Shown here: positions 25,261 to 38,182 of the stretch, in pieces
Position numbering within the stretch: position 1 is the stretch's first letter
Layout: each line of letters opens with the position of its first letter
DNA from: Octopus bimaculoides
Lineage: Eukaryota
Reading direction: 5' to 3'
NCBI RefSeq assembly: GCF_001194135.2
Contig: NC_068987.1
Coordinates: forward strand, 62,141,448-62,205,447
DNA length: 64,000 nucleotides
Position numbers and translations under genes: made by a program
Notes under the pieces: generated by a model
The model's database searches: none
What the model saw: the letters and a program-made list of their open reading frames with translations, nothing else
What the model was told of the DNA's origin: nothing

Positions 25261-25581
25261 AGGAGTGATATATTCAATATTAGTAAAACTAAAAATTGTT
25301 GAGGATAAATTAAATCTATTATTGTTACTGAATATGTTAGTGTTATTTAATTTCTGAACAGTTTTGCTGCTGTTTGTTTATGTAGTTTGATTTCTTTATC
25401 CATCAGTTTCTACTAAGATAGAGACGTGAGTAAAATTAATAATAGAGAAACAAAAATAAAACTTTGGAAACAGCAATGCCGCCATAACTTACATGGAAAC
25501 CATGAGCATGCTTTCAAGGGAGATAATCAGAGAAATAATAGAAAGTGAATTTAAGATCATAATACTTCATATAAATATAAC

Positions 25582-26450
25582 AAATAATCCAGAATCCTTG
25601 TCTGGTACCAGATCGATCCCCAAATCTAATCATTTCGTGTCAGTTATGAGGCCAAACATCTCTGAAAGTTTCATCCGAATCCATCCAGTGGTTCTTGAGA
25701 TATCTTGTCCACAAACAAACAAACAAACACAACTGAAAACAATACCACTGCCTTCGCTAAGGCGGAGGTAATTATGGTAACGAGCATATGGTATATATTG
25801 CTTGGATGCACTCCAACTTTTTGCAAAAGGGTAAAAGAGGTGACAGAAAAAAGCAATAAGACAAGTGAAAAAGGGCAGCAATGAAAAACAAATATATAAA
25901 CAGTACATGAAATAAAAAACAAAAAGACAGAAAAGTGGACAGTAAAAGTGCCATAAAAAGGAAAGAGTGCATAAAAACATCAAGAATAGTGTTGTCAAAT
26001 TTCAGGAAGCAGTTAAAATCTAACGTGGGAAGTTTAGTGTATGTATCAACAATTGCGAGGGTGAAAAAATCTTTCTGAAAGCCATATATATTAAATTATT
26101 TATGAATATATCTACGAATATCTATTATAATACCCATTATTGTATTTATTATCTCCGCCTTAGCGAAGGCAGAGGTATTGTCCTCAGTCATGTTTGTTTG
26201 TTTGTCCATGGACAAGATATCTCAAGAACCACCGGATGGATTCAGATGAAGCTCTCATGAATGTTTGGCCTTATGACTGGCATGAATTGATTAGATTTTG
26301 GGATCGATCTGGTACCAGACAAGGATTCTGTATTATTTCTCCTGTTTTTTTTTTTACTTAATTTTTTAGCGTGGCTGGGTTCATTTTTCGTATTCTCGTT
26401 TGTGAGAGCAGTCGAGTTTATTTCAGATATTCTCATTTTAAAAATCATCC
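25582..26450. mobile_element. Two inverted copies of a Helentron/DINE-1-like (HINE) element; third partial copy at ~24800-24942
   Basis: atta(t/c)ctccgccttagcgaaggc-(TGTT)n-gatatctcaagaacc...gatcgatctggtaccagacaaggattctg at 26148-26338 (+), with its reverse complement at 25582-25772. Confidence 0.6.
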
Positions 26451-26768
26451 CTGGCTAATCATTGAGAAGATGCTGGTGTTGCTTTGGTGGAGGTTTGTGC
26501 TCTCTCAGTGCTCTTGTTATAATACATATTATAGTATCTATTATAGTACTCACTATCCACTATAACTATTAAAGTACAAATTATAGTATCTGTTATAACA
26601 CTTATAGTATCCATCATAATATTTATCATTTTATCTATTATAGTATCTATTACAGTATCTACAACTGTGTGTATCATAGTATGTATTCTAGTAGCTGTTA
26701 TAGGTTTAAATTAATAAATGTACTTGGAATGACTTTAGATTAAAATATCTTGTGTGTATAACATTATT

Positions 26769-27291
26769 AATGTATATACAAACATTGAAAGGCATTAGCT
26801 GTAATAATTTGTTCCTGAGAAACAGTTGAAAGTGACTGTGTTAAAAGCAAACAGTTTTGCTCAGAAAACTGGTGGATCACTAGTCACAGTGTTTCAACCT
26901 CATTTGGTTTCCTCAGTAATGAATATCTTGAACATTGTGGCTCAACCAATATTAATCAGTAAACAGAACATTCACTGATTTGTGTGAAAGCTAACCAAGA
27001 TAGAAACAGCCTTAAATCAAAATACCAGTGTGTCTAAATTTATAATGTGTACACAAATGTGGAGTAGCATTAGCTGGGATAGTTTCTCTCAGAGAAATTT
27101 CTCAAAAACACTTGCATGTTAAAAACACAAGGTTTCCTTCAGAATGTTTGTGGACTGCTGGGACACAGTGTTTCAACCTGATTTAGTCTCATCAGTGTTG
27201 AACTAAGCCGGTAAATACTTGTTCTGATGAAAAAAAAAAAACAGTAAGCAAAGCATCTACTGATGTGTATGAAAGCTAAGTCAAGTTAGAA
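26769..27291 (-). repeat. Two-unit ~280-bp diverged tandem repeat with a hammerhead motif in each unit
   Basis: Shared anchors gcattagctg, cacagtgtttcaacct, actgat..gt.tgaaagcta and caag.tagaa at 276-286-bp offsets. Confidence 0.7.
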
Positions 27292-28919
27292 TTAAATTAA
27301 TATGTGCATCCTTAGACGAGTCACTATTTTCACTTCTTTGTTCTTAGAAGTTTAACCCTATGGAATTCTTGCCTTGCATATGTGGTGGTGGTGGTGGTGG
27401 TGATTTTGCGAAAATGGAAGAACATGCTTTGTATTATCTTTTACCATTTATTTTTTTTTTTTACTTGTCTCAGTCATTAGACTGTGGCCATGCTGGGGCA
27501 CCACCTTGGAGAATTTTTAGTCAAATGAATCGACCCTAGTATTCATTTTGTTTTAAGCCTGGTACTTATTCTGTCAGTCCATTTTGCCAAACTGCTAAGT
27601 CATGAGTATGTAAGCACCCCAACACTGGTTGTCATGCAGTGGTGGTGAACAAACATTGGCACAAAGGCACACATGCATATATATATATATATATATATAC
27701 TTAATCATATTGAAGGGAAATGGAAATTATTAGACATTTTCATTTCCAGTGTTTAAATGTATACTGTATTATATATATATATATGTAAAGTTCATGTCTG
27801 GTCATAGAGTGACCAATGGTTTTGTATCTGCAAAAGGCTTAGCCCTGTAGATGGCTTGTTAGACTCTAAAGCTGAAGACAAATGTAACTCTTCATCTCTG
27901 AGAGGCAGGAATCTGTTATGATCAGTTGGTCAGTAAGTTACCAAAGAATAAGCATTTCAGGTCAGTGAGGATGGGTTATCTCCCTTAAACCAGTTCGTCT
28001 GGACCAAGAGGGGAATGGAATATTTTCCCTCGGGCACATTTAGTTCATAAGGACCTTTTCAGGTCTAATTGGAGAACAGAAAATCCAATGCTTGCAGCAA
28101 GTAGCCTTTGAAATGGATGCAGGGACAGTAAATTTCCTGACGAGTATTCAGTGATCAAAGTTTCAGGGAATCTTTGAAGATCCTTGCTCACTCAGCTATA
28201 CAAAGCTTGCAACCTCCGCTCCCATTAATATAGGGTCTTAGCTGCCCTGATATCATATGGGTCCTTCATCACTGAGGTGCCATATGTGGCCGGCCAGGGA
28301 TGTGACAAATTATCTTTCTGGAATCCTGAAAGAAGATCTGTGGTTGTACAGATGCTGCTTGAAGGCCATCCCAGCTGACCTAATATATTTCCAGGCTTGG
28401 GTGTTGGTTGTGCTACATTTCTGGTGCATCTTCCATTGGCTCTGTGCCTGGAGATGTTCTTAATTAAGTTGCTATTTTGAACAAAAATAAACAAGAAATT
28501 TTGATAGAAGGTTTTAATTTAGATAACTTTAAAACATGAAGTTTGAATCATAGAACCAGGGTGAACTCAGACAAGTTGGTATCAAAAGGGCTAAACCTTA
28601 AATCTTCAAATGCTAAAACTTGTTTAATAAATTTAAGATAAATACAGGATGTTAATTAAAAAATTCTTTGATTAATTTATACCAACCTGAGTCTACCTAA
28701 CAAAAACAAATTGTAGTTGTTTTGTTGGGTACCTCAAATATTCATTTTAACACTTTAGACATTGATAATTGAAGAGAAGAGCAAACTGCAATAACCAACT
28801 TTAGAAGTAATGATAACTAAATTCCAATTATAATACCTTTAGATTTTTGTTTAAACTTCCTGTTGTTGCATTTTTGCATGACTTTAAATTTTATCAGGAG
28901 TTTTTCATTAACTTTCCAG

Positions 28920-29039
28920 GATTATAATGGACGTCTTTTTCTGTTTGTATGGGTCATTTTCATGGTGTTCTACTTAATATTTGAAGCCCTCCTGAATTGT
29001 TGTTTCCTTTATTGGTCAGTGGAAAATAAACAAATAAAG
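28920..29039 (+). CDS. 4-TM protein exon 4 (TM3)
   Basis: actttccag acceptor and AAG|GTAAGT donor, 120 bp, phase 0 to 0. Encodes DYNGRLFLFVWVIFMVFYLIFEALLNCCFLYWSVENKQIK. Confidence 0.8.
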
Positions 29040-31961
29040 GTAAGTATTATGTTATGATAATTATTCAATGAATTGATAAGTTAGTGATTAAAGGTCCAGT
29101 CAAATTTTTAAAAATAAAAAAAATATATACTATATTCTGTGTTTATTTTGTATGTATGTCTGTCTATGTGGGTTAGGTCAGTCCATATTAACCTATAAGG
29201 AACACGAGATTGGTTTCCCAGATTTTCTGGTGTATATATTTCTCCCTGGATGGGATGCCAGTCTGTTGCAGGATTGCTCATTTTTATCAGCTGAGTGGAC
29301 TGGAGCAACGTGAAATGCAGTGTTTTGCTCAAGAACACAATGCATTGCTCAGTCCAGGAATTGAAACTGCAATCTTACCATGAGTCCAACACTCTAACCA
29401 CTAAGACATGTGCCTCTACATGTCTGTATGTGTGATTGATAGTAAATCAATAGTTATTGTTAACACTACTGCTAATTATAAACACTGTTCATATCACATC
29501 AATATCATCATCTTCAAAAAGAACCATTTTGGATTCTTACAGTCTCCCTTTCTGAACAGATGCCCAGAGCTGGAGGAGAAAATACTTGGCACTTGGTAGA
29601 TTTGTTCTATGTAGAATTTTAAAAAACCCTACATGTTAATGTAGAGTATTGACAGCAGGAATTGCTGGAAGAAGTGAAGAAAGAGTTTGATAGTGGAACA
29701 GATGAGGACCAAGAATTTAATAAAATATTAGTCCAGTTGTAAACAGAAATATAATTCTATGTGATAGTTTTTCAGTTTCTGCTTAGCAACTTACTGCTCT
29801 GGAAGAGACAAAATATTATTGCGCTGTAAGAAATTCACAATCCCATAATTATCTAGATTATGACTATCAGATTATGTCTAAGCAAGGGATTAGAGATATG
29901 TGTGTGTGGATTAAAAGAACATGAGAGATCATTCACTTATATTGTTTGAGTCATAGCATTTCAAAACAAAATGTTATTGGAGATACTGGCAAGGTTAATT
30001 TTGTAATTAGCACATATATCAAGACTAATTACATCTGATGCAATAACAAAATATGGTTATTAACTTAGATGTTTATTAATTCAGTATAAAAACATGATTA
30101 ATCCTCCCCACCTTGTAAGTAGGTATGTGTGTTTGTGTGTGTGTATGTGTGTGCACACATGTGTGTGCATGCGTGTGTGCGTGTGTGTGTGCATACGTGC
30201 ATGCATGTGTGCATGCTTAGGTGTGAGAAAGTGAGATATCTGGATGAGTTTGGATGCATCATTAGTGATGTGACCTAGAATCAATGGGTATTGCAAGTCT
30301 TTTAACACCATACAATTTCACTCAGATACCCTAAGTGAGGTTGATCAGATCCTAACTTGGAGTTCAAAAACATCTGCTATGGGTCAGCCCTATTAATTCA
30401 AAATCACATGTGGATTTTCCTACAGCTTCACTAGAGGATTGAATGGCCTTCTTCTCTGCCACCTGTTTTTGAAACCTTGTTGATTAAGAGATTCACAGCA
30501 TCTACAAGCCACCTCTATCGACACATTGTTCTTCTTTTAACTTTTCTTTTAATACTTCTACTTCCAAGTTTGGGTGTAGTTTCCTCTCATTAACTTCTTC
30601 AATATGCTACTTCTAAAACACTCTTATTTGCCATGCAAATAAGAGCCAATCAGGGTGATGGACACAACAGGCTCCAAGCGGCCGAAGGCTAGATGTTAGC
30701 CGCTACATTATCATTTGTAAATAAATAACAGAGAGAGAGGTTTCACTACAATCTAAAAACCAGAATACCAAAAGCTTGGACTTATCAAATACTTCCATTG
30801 TCTAAACTTCTTTATTATTGGATATTTACCATCTTTTCTTTTAATACAAGCATAAACATACTAAATGATTAAACAGCTGAATTTTATATATTGATGTAAT
30901 ATAGCAAAGAGTAGAGACAAAGGGAAATAAACAAATGCACAAGCGTGTTTCTGTCTATCAAAATTTAGCCTTTTAACCATTTGGTATATTTACATTTATA
31001 TGAAAGGAAAAGAATGAAAATACTTAACAATGAGAGAATTTAAAGAAGTAGAGAATTCAATATATAAACTATTTCAGTTTCCACTTAAGTCTTTGATATT
31101 CTATCTCTGCAATAGACATATCATTTCTTGATGGTCAACTTGAATTTCTGTAGATTAATGTTCATTGCAAACACTTGAGCAAAGAAATAATCTCAAAGGG
31201 TTACAGTTATGGGATTGGGAGAACTATTTAGTTTGGATGATAAATAACTTGCTAGTTCAGAAAAGTGGGAATTGATGTAGAAGAAACAAGAAGATATGTG
31301 GTGTATCGTCACATGTAGTTATAGTATTAATGGGTTATGAATGAAGACTAATGATATTGGTGGGTGATTGAAAATATACCAATCAGTCTGATAAGATGCA
31401 TTTTCTGAGGCAGTCCAGAATGTTTGGGTACAAAGAAGCTGCTCTGTTCAAGATATGTGAGATAAGCAAATAGTACTCAAATAGGTGGTTCCTTTGTACT
31501 TTATGAGAGGTGGATAACCGTTTGGAGTTGAAGGAGTTTCTGCTACTGAAAAAGAAAACATATCTTAGTGACATAGTTTTGACTATGTGTTAGATGTGAT
31601 GTTAAAGGAGACTGAAGTGCTTTGCTTCAATAGGATGATGTTTATAAAGTCTTTGGTCATCAAAGTCTTTTGTCATCAATAGGATGATGTTTATAAAGTC
31701 TTAGGTCATCAAATTTTAGTCAGAGAATCTAAGTTGTCAGTAACGAGTGGAAGGTGATAACATCCACAACAATTTTTGCCTTATTTTTCTTTTAACTGAT
31801 ATATAATTAAAGTGACTAAAACATCTTATTTTCCAATGAAAGACTTTGCTCAAAACATTAAATAAGAATTCTTTTCTTGTGGCAAATTGATATACTGCAT
31901 TGTTTACTTTTTTATCTTTTTTATATATCTTATCTTTTTTTTTATCCTTTATTTTTTACAG

Positions 31962-32012
31962 TTTGTCTTGATAAGTACCATTGTTTTCTGGCTTGGCCGC
32001 AGTTTTATTCTG
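31962..32012 (+). CDS. 4-TM protein exon 5 (TM4 start)
   Basis: Long T-rich tract ending ttttttacag, CTG|GTAAGA donor, 51 bp, phase 0 to 0. Encodes FVLISTIVFWLGRSFIL. Confidence 0.8.
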
Positions 32013-32191
32013 GTAAGAAAATTTCTCAAAAATGATTTCCCTTAAATAAAAACATTTAGTCTCACCAACATTTCAATTAATTAAAAGAAAAGCAAAAGAT
32101 GCTTCCAAAGACAGAAATTAGATGCTGATCATCTGCATCAACATTGCCTTATGCCTAAATTAAAAATCACTGTCATTATTGTAACTGAAGA

Positions 32192-32610
32192 TAAGGCAGT
32201 GAGCTGGCAGAAACGTTAGCACGCCGGGCGAAATGCTTAGTAATATTTCATCTGTCTTTACGTTCTGAGTTCAAATTCCGCCGAGGTCAACTTTGCCTTT
32301 CATCCTTTCGGAGTCGATAAATTAAGTGCCAGTTATGCACTAGGGTTGATGTAATCGACTTAATCCATTTGTCTGTCCATGTTTGTCCCTTCTGTGTGTA
32401 GCCCCTTGTGGGAAGTAAAGAAATAAGAAATGTTAGCACACCAGGTGAAATGCTTAGCAGTATTTTATCTGTCTTTACGTTCTGAGTTCAAATTCCACCG
32501 AGGTCAACTTTGCCTATCATCCTTTCGGGGTCGATAAATTAAGTACCAGTTGCGTACTGGGTCGATCTAATTGGCTGGCCCCCCCCTCCCCTTGTGCCTA
32601 GAGTAGAAAA
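32192..32610 (+). mobile_element. SINE family B, tandem pair; other copies ~17445, 17790, 23494, 24362, 40187 (+) and ~23225, 46630, 50730, 51780 (-)
   Basis: aaggc(g/a)g(c/t)gagctggcagaa...gagttcaaattcc(g/a)ccgaggtc(g/a)actttgcctttcatcctttcggggtcgataaa, with a B-box-like GTTCAAATTCC. Confidence 0.85.
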
Positions 32611-33968
32611 GAATCATTAGCATTCCAGACAAAATGCTTCATGGCATTTCTTCTAACTTTGCCTTTCATCTTTTTGGGGTTGATAAAATAAGTATCAGTG
32701 GAACACTGGGATCGATATAATCAACAAGACCCTTCCTTGAAATTCCAGACCTTCTGCTTGTGGTAGAAAGTGATAGAATGGCAGAAAAGAGAAGTACATA
32801 TCTAAATGTTCAGCTGCCTCAAGCTTCATTTCTTTATGCTCTTTGTTCAAATCCCTCTGGATCAACTTTGATAAATATTGTTCTAGGATCAATAGTCTCC
32901 GGTATGTACTATGATTGATTTAATCAACCAAATTTTGCCATTTTGAGGTTGTATGCCAATAAGAGAAATCATTTTTATTGATATTGTGATCTTCTAAGTG
33001 AATCAAATCTCTGATATTTTTTAATTTCCATTTGAAATGGTTTAATCTTTACATGTAGAGTGTTGATATCCTTAGGGAAATAGGAACCCTATATCTAATT
33101 TAGCACCTACGTTTCTGAGCTTACGTATCAAACCATTCACCACTGAACATGTTTGGTATATAGTTCTCCCCAATCTGCAAGATATTTATTACATCTAATA
33201 ATGATAATAATAATAACATCATCATCATCGTCATTTAACATCCGCTTTCCATGCTGGCATGGTTTGGACAGTTTGACTGAGAGTTGGCAAGCCAGAAGGC
33301 TGCACCAGGCTCCAATCTGATCTGGCAAAGTTTCTACAGCTGGATGCCCTTCCTAATGCCAACAACTCTGAGAGTGTAGTGGGTGCGTTTTACATGCCAT
33401 TGGCATGGTACTGGCATCGACCCTGCTCAAATAGTGGTTTTTACATGCTGCCGACACAGGAGCCAGTCAGACGCATGCACACACACACATACATACACTC
33501 GTGCACACACATGCACATACGCACACTCATACACACACACACACAGATGTATGTGTGTTTGTGTACATATATAAATATTGTTTAATGTACACAGTAAATA
33601 GTTATGAGCTACTAATAGTTTTATGCATAAGAGATGTTCTCTAGGCAGGTTTTAATCACATACCTAGTGTCTCCAAACAATCTTCTTATTAAAACTTGCC
33701 TGGACAACATTTCCAATGTATGAAACTATTAATAGCTAATAACTATATACTGTATACATTAAATAATATTTATCTCTCACTGGATAGAGGACATTTTTAT
33801 CTGATTTGATCATAACAGAAAAGTAAACTATATATATTTATATTCATATGCTAAAGCAGACAGCAGAGCTTGGTGTAGTCTTGTGACTTGCCAGTTCTTG
33901 TCAAACTGTCCTGCACATGCCAGCTTGGAAAATGGATGTTAAATGATGATGATGATGATGATGATATA

Positions 33969-34012
<44 letters not shown>

Positions 34013-34268
34013 TATATTTGTTCATATGGTGATATCTCCACAATGTGTTGATGAGATAAACATGTAATCGCTACCAATATAGCAAGAGATTTCTCTGCAA
34101 AGGTCTAAAGTAGACTCCTTATAGATCGATCTCCTTGGTTATATATCAAAAATTTAAATGAGAGTTTTGACGCTAATATCCATTATTATTGAAGTTTATT
34201 CCTATGTCAACATTTCTGTATAAGGCTATATTTAACTGTCAAATTCAAATTAAATAGATAAATTACCT

Positions 34269-34306
<38 letters not shown>

Positions 34307-34589
34307 TATATATATATATGACAGGTTTCTTTCCATCTATTCAATTCACACAAAAGACACTTTGGTCAGAGCAGGGTTAAAGTAGAAAACTGAGGTGCTG
34401 TTGTGGGATTGAACCTGAAACCACATGGTTGGGAAGCAAACTTGTTAAACCCACACCCATGTCTGTGATGCTAGCCATACACTGTCAATTCAAATTTCAA
34501 TCTATCAGTCATGCCATGCCATGCTATGCAACTGCAAATCATACCAAAGATGTTTTATTCTATTCCACATTATTTTTCTTCAATTTCAG

Positions 34590-35129
34590 GCTGTTAGCAC
34601 AATACAGGTTATGGCTAGGTTTTATGAATTAATCAGAATAAAAGAAGAAAACCAACCACCTACCATCATTGTAACAGGAACTAATGGTGACCAACAAACC
34701 GTACGCAATCCAGCTTATAAGCCAAAAGCTCAACGTTCTGTATCAGTAACAACAGTTAGCAGCACAATGAGTAACCTCAGCAACCCTGATGAATACTGCG
34801 AGAAGCAATACCCTGGATTTCTTCCAATGTCAATCAATTATGAATACGCCTACCCTTATACATTTGATGATGATTTATATGATCCTCAGTTTCTGCAATA
34901 TATCATTGACTCTTATCCCGAAAACCAACAGTCTGCTACTGGAGCATCTGGAGCAATTGTATCCCCTTCATACGAGGAAGCAACAAGTGGGCCTAATTTG
35001 TGCCCACCCCCTTATAATGTACATGAAAATTTGCCACCATCTTATAATGAAGGGGATGTGAATTACACGTTATCTGCAAGAAGCACTGATAATACACCTT
35101 CCTCTACTTTGCTTGATAATCAACATTAA
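34590..35129 (+). CDS. 4-TM protein terminal exon: cytoplasmic tail with NPxY and PPxY/PSY motifs
   Basis: aatttcag acceptor, 179 codons plus TAA (AVSTIQVMARFYELIRIKEE...NPAY...PSYEEA...PPPY...LPPSY...DNQH). It is the longest non-gap ORF in the track. AATAAA signals lie at about 35363 and 35384. Confidence 0.85.
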   Translation, partial: AVSTIQVMARFYELIRIKEENQPPTIIVTGTNGDQQTVRNPAYKPKAQRSVSVTTVSSTMSNLSNPDEYCEKQYPGFLPMSINYEYAYPYTFDDDLYDPQFLQYIIDSYPENQQSATGASGAIVSPSYEEATSGPNLCPPPYNVHENLPPSYNEGDVNYTLSARSTDNTPSSTLLDNQH

Positions 35130-37374
35130 ACCTCCCCACAGTTCCATTTTAACTTCAACTTTAGAAATGTAAAATTGCTTCAAATTTTTAGAGTCAATAT
35201 TACTTGTTTGTTTTTCATTAATTTTGTATAAAAAGTGCTTTTAAAATGATGTGTTTTCTATTAAAAATGGCTAATATTGATAACATAACATCTCTGTAAC
35301 AAAAATGCTTTAAAAATGACTCTTTCTATGATGAAAATGTCATCTAACACAACTGACATGACAATAAATTGCTATAATGGTGAATAAACATTCTTTAAAA
35401 GAATACTTCATAACAGCTTCCTTTTTACAGTTCAGTCCTGAAGAGTGGCTAGCACAACAAAAATCATCAAATCACCCATTAGTATGGCAATGACAATACA
35501 AGTATAAATTACAATCAAGGGAAAAGTAGTGAATAGAGAGCTAGTAACATAATTTGAACTGAAGAATTGTGTGTTTCTATTTCTAACTATTTATCACCTT
35601 GAGATAAATATGATATCTGGTAAGGCTGTAATCTCTAGGGTTTTTGACAGTTTTGTCATATCTGATAATGTTGTGGATCTGGTAATGTTGTGATAGCTTG
35701 GATCATTGCACATTCTGAAAGAGTGGGGATATGTCACAAAAATGGAATTTACTGATAACACACTGACTTTTATAGAATTATAATTATTCTTAACTACTGA
35801 AATATTTGATCGTCCTGAGATATCTGAAGATTTGTGATAACTAATATCAATGTGATATCTGTAATTTTGTAATATTCAAAACTAGAACATTATGATATCT
35901 ATATATTAATATATTAAGGCTGAATATGTTACACTGTTATGTGATTAGTTGAAGGGAGAAGCAAAGAGTGAGAGAAAAAGTGGGAGAGAGAAGTGTTAAT
36001 GACAAAGTGGGAGAAAGTAATAATTATTATGTAGGTTGAAAAGTTAGTTGAAGGGAGAGATATAAAGGAAGAGTGTTAAAAGTACAATGTTTAGCAGAAG
36101 GCTGATGCTCTGGTAGTGAGGTTAAAGATATGCAGTTAGAGAGCGAGAGAGAGAGAGAGAGGGAAGAGCAGTTATATTAAGAGTGAGGGGCAGATAAATT
36201 GAGAGTAGTGATGCTGTACCAGCTGATGCATTACAGTGTCATATTGTTTATAGAAGTGAGAGAGAAATGATAATGTGAAGATGGTAATTACATGGTTAAA
36301 AAGTTAGAGGCAGAAAGAAAGAGAGAGAGAGAGAGAGAGAAATATAAAAGTGTTTAACAGAAAGAAATTTTAAACATCATGGTGGTGGTTGTGATGATGG
36401 TGAGGGAGGTAACTGTGGTGGCTGGATAGTGAAAAGTGCAGCTTTGCTTTTTATTGAACTTTTACATCACTTATCACTTAACACGTGTATAAATATGTGC
36501 AATTATTTATCGTCTGCTCACTTGAAAATTGATATATGTTTATAAACTATGAATGATAAATGATGTAAAGCTAACAAGAGAAAGAATGAGACAGAATAGG
36601 CAATGGTGTTAAGAGAAGGAGAGGATCAAATCACCAGAACACGCATGAGAACAGCAGCATAGAAAGGAAAATGTGAATCGAAGAGAATACAAGTGAGAAG
36701 TTAAAACAGATAAGAGAATGCGTTCAAGATAGAATAGAAAATGAAATGTATATTCTTGAATGTTACTTTGGATCAGAAAGGAAGGACAACCGCTAGCCAT
36801 AGGATTGCTAGCCAGTTCCAGAATTAGGCAAGATTTGTTTAGAATACATTTTTAGATCCTTCCTGATTAACAGGTAGCCAGTACCCATGGAGGACTGCTC
36901 ATTTATTTCAGGTTTCTGCCAAGTCTCTCTTTCACCATAGTTGGAAAAGAAGCAACCAACACTCCAAGCTGCCTACATGTAGGGCTTTCAGTTACATGCT
37001 TCCAGTGATCAAGATTGTATGTTCCTCTACATGACATGTCACTACATGACTTTGTGAGAGGTCAGTAGTATGTTTTCCAGGTAGTTCCTCTGTGTGAAAT
37101 TGATTATATTGAATGAAATATATATAGAGCTGCATTCACTCTTCAGATATCTCTTCATGGCCCAGCATTAGCTATGGCAGGTCTAGTTTTTTTCATTGTG
37201 CAGGATGTCCAACATCATTCTCAGTAAGCAAATTTGGTGGGTTTGCCAGTTTAACCACTATCAACCCAACAACCTGACTGTGCAACCAGTTGTACTGGGT
37301 AACATGTTACCAGAAGTGTTCTCAAGTGACCTAACATAAGCATTCATACATATAGCAGTAATAACTCCCTTCAT

Positions 37375-38182
37375 GTTCAGCAAGTTCACTGTCATCAATT
37401 CACTGCAGAGAAAGTTCATCGTCATCAATTCACCACAGGGCATTGTCAATTCTCCATTTTTTTTCAATAAAGCAGTTTTTAACTATTAATGGTGAGATAC
37501 TATGGATATATAGTGAGTCAGAAAAGCTGTTTGTTTTACCACAGTATAGTACAGTTGTGCTATGGCATACTCCAGCCAATCAGGGCTAGACACATAGGAA
37601 TACAAAAGTATTCTGTCAAAGTAGAGAAGTGGGAGTTTTAAGCAGTTGATGAAAAAATGGCACAGCAGCAACAGTTCTTCTTTCAACATGAAACAGTTTT
37701 TGTTTCTTCGCCACCATCTTTGTGCAGCTAACTTGGAGTTATATCAGCTCTTGCCTTGTCATCTCCTGAACAGCTTAGTTCAGTTACCCTAACTTCTCTC
37801 CTCGAAAGTCTGGATGACATCAGCCACAACTCTGCCTCATAATGAACTGTATATTTTTGTTTAAGCTAGTTTTGTTCCTATTAGCTTCCAACAGAAACAT
37901 TTTATTCAAAAGTAAGTTACAATGCTTTACCTGACTCACATACACATACAAGCCACACCTCTTGCTACTTGTCAGCACTTGTTCTTAATTTAATAAAATT
38001 ACAATGTTTTGTTTAAAAGCTACTTTCTGATATTCATTTTTGGATGCTTCTCAAAAGTGCATTTAATGGACTTGTTCATGAACACTTTCATAATTTAAAT
38101 TAGTGACCACTCTCACAAAAGATATATTTTCTCAGTAAACTTTCCTCACAGTGAACTGATGGCAGTAAACTTACCTGTAATC
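37375..38182. mobile_element. Decayed DNA transposon, possibly MULE-like
   Basis: Subterminal inverted repeats (aagttcactgtcatcaattcactg / cagtgaactgatggcagtaaactt) with a flanking direct repeat AACTCCCTTCAT at 37363 and 38183. Confidence 0.45.

Noticed and set aside
27790-28470. GC-richer segment with 68-89-aa ORFs on both strands
   Set aside because: Multiple stops, no splice pattern compatible with the host gene and no identifiable motif; probably an old TE fragment.
31627-31713. 38-bp direct repeat with a 49-bp period (also a 30-bp duplication at 42637-42695)
   Set aside because: Ordinary slippage-type micro-duplications, and the second lies inside a dead LINE.
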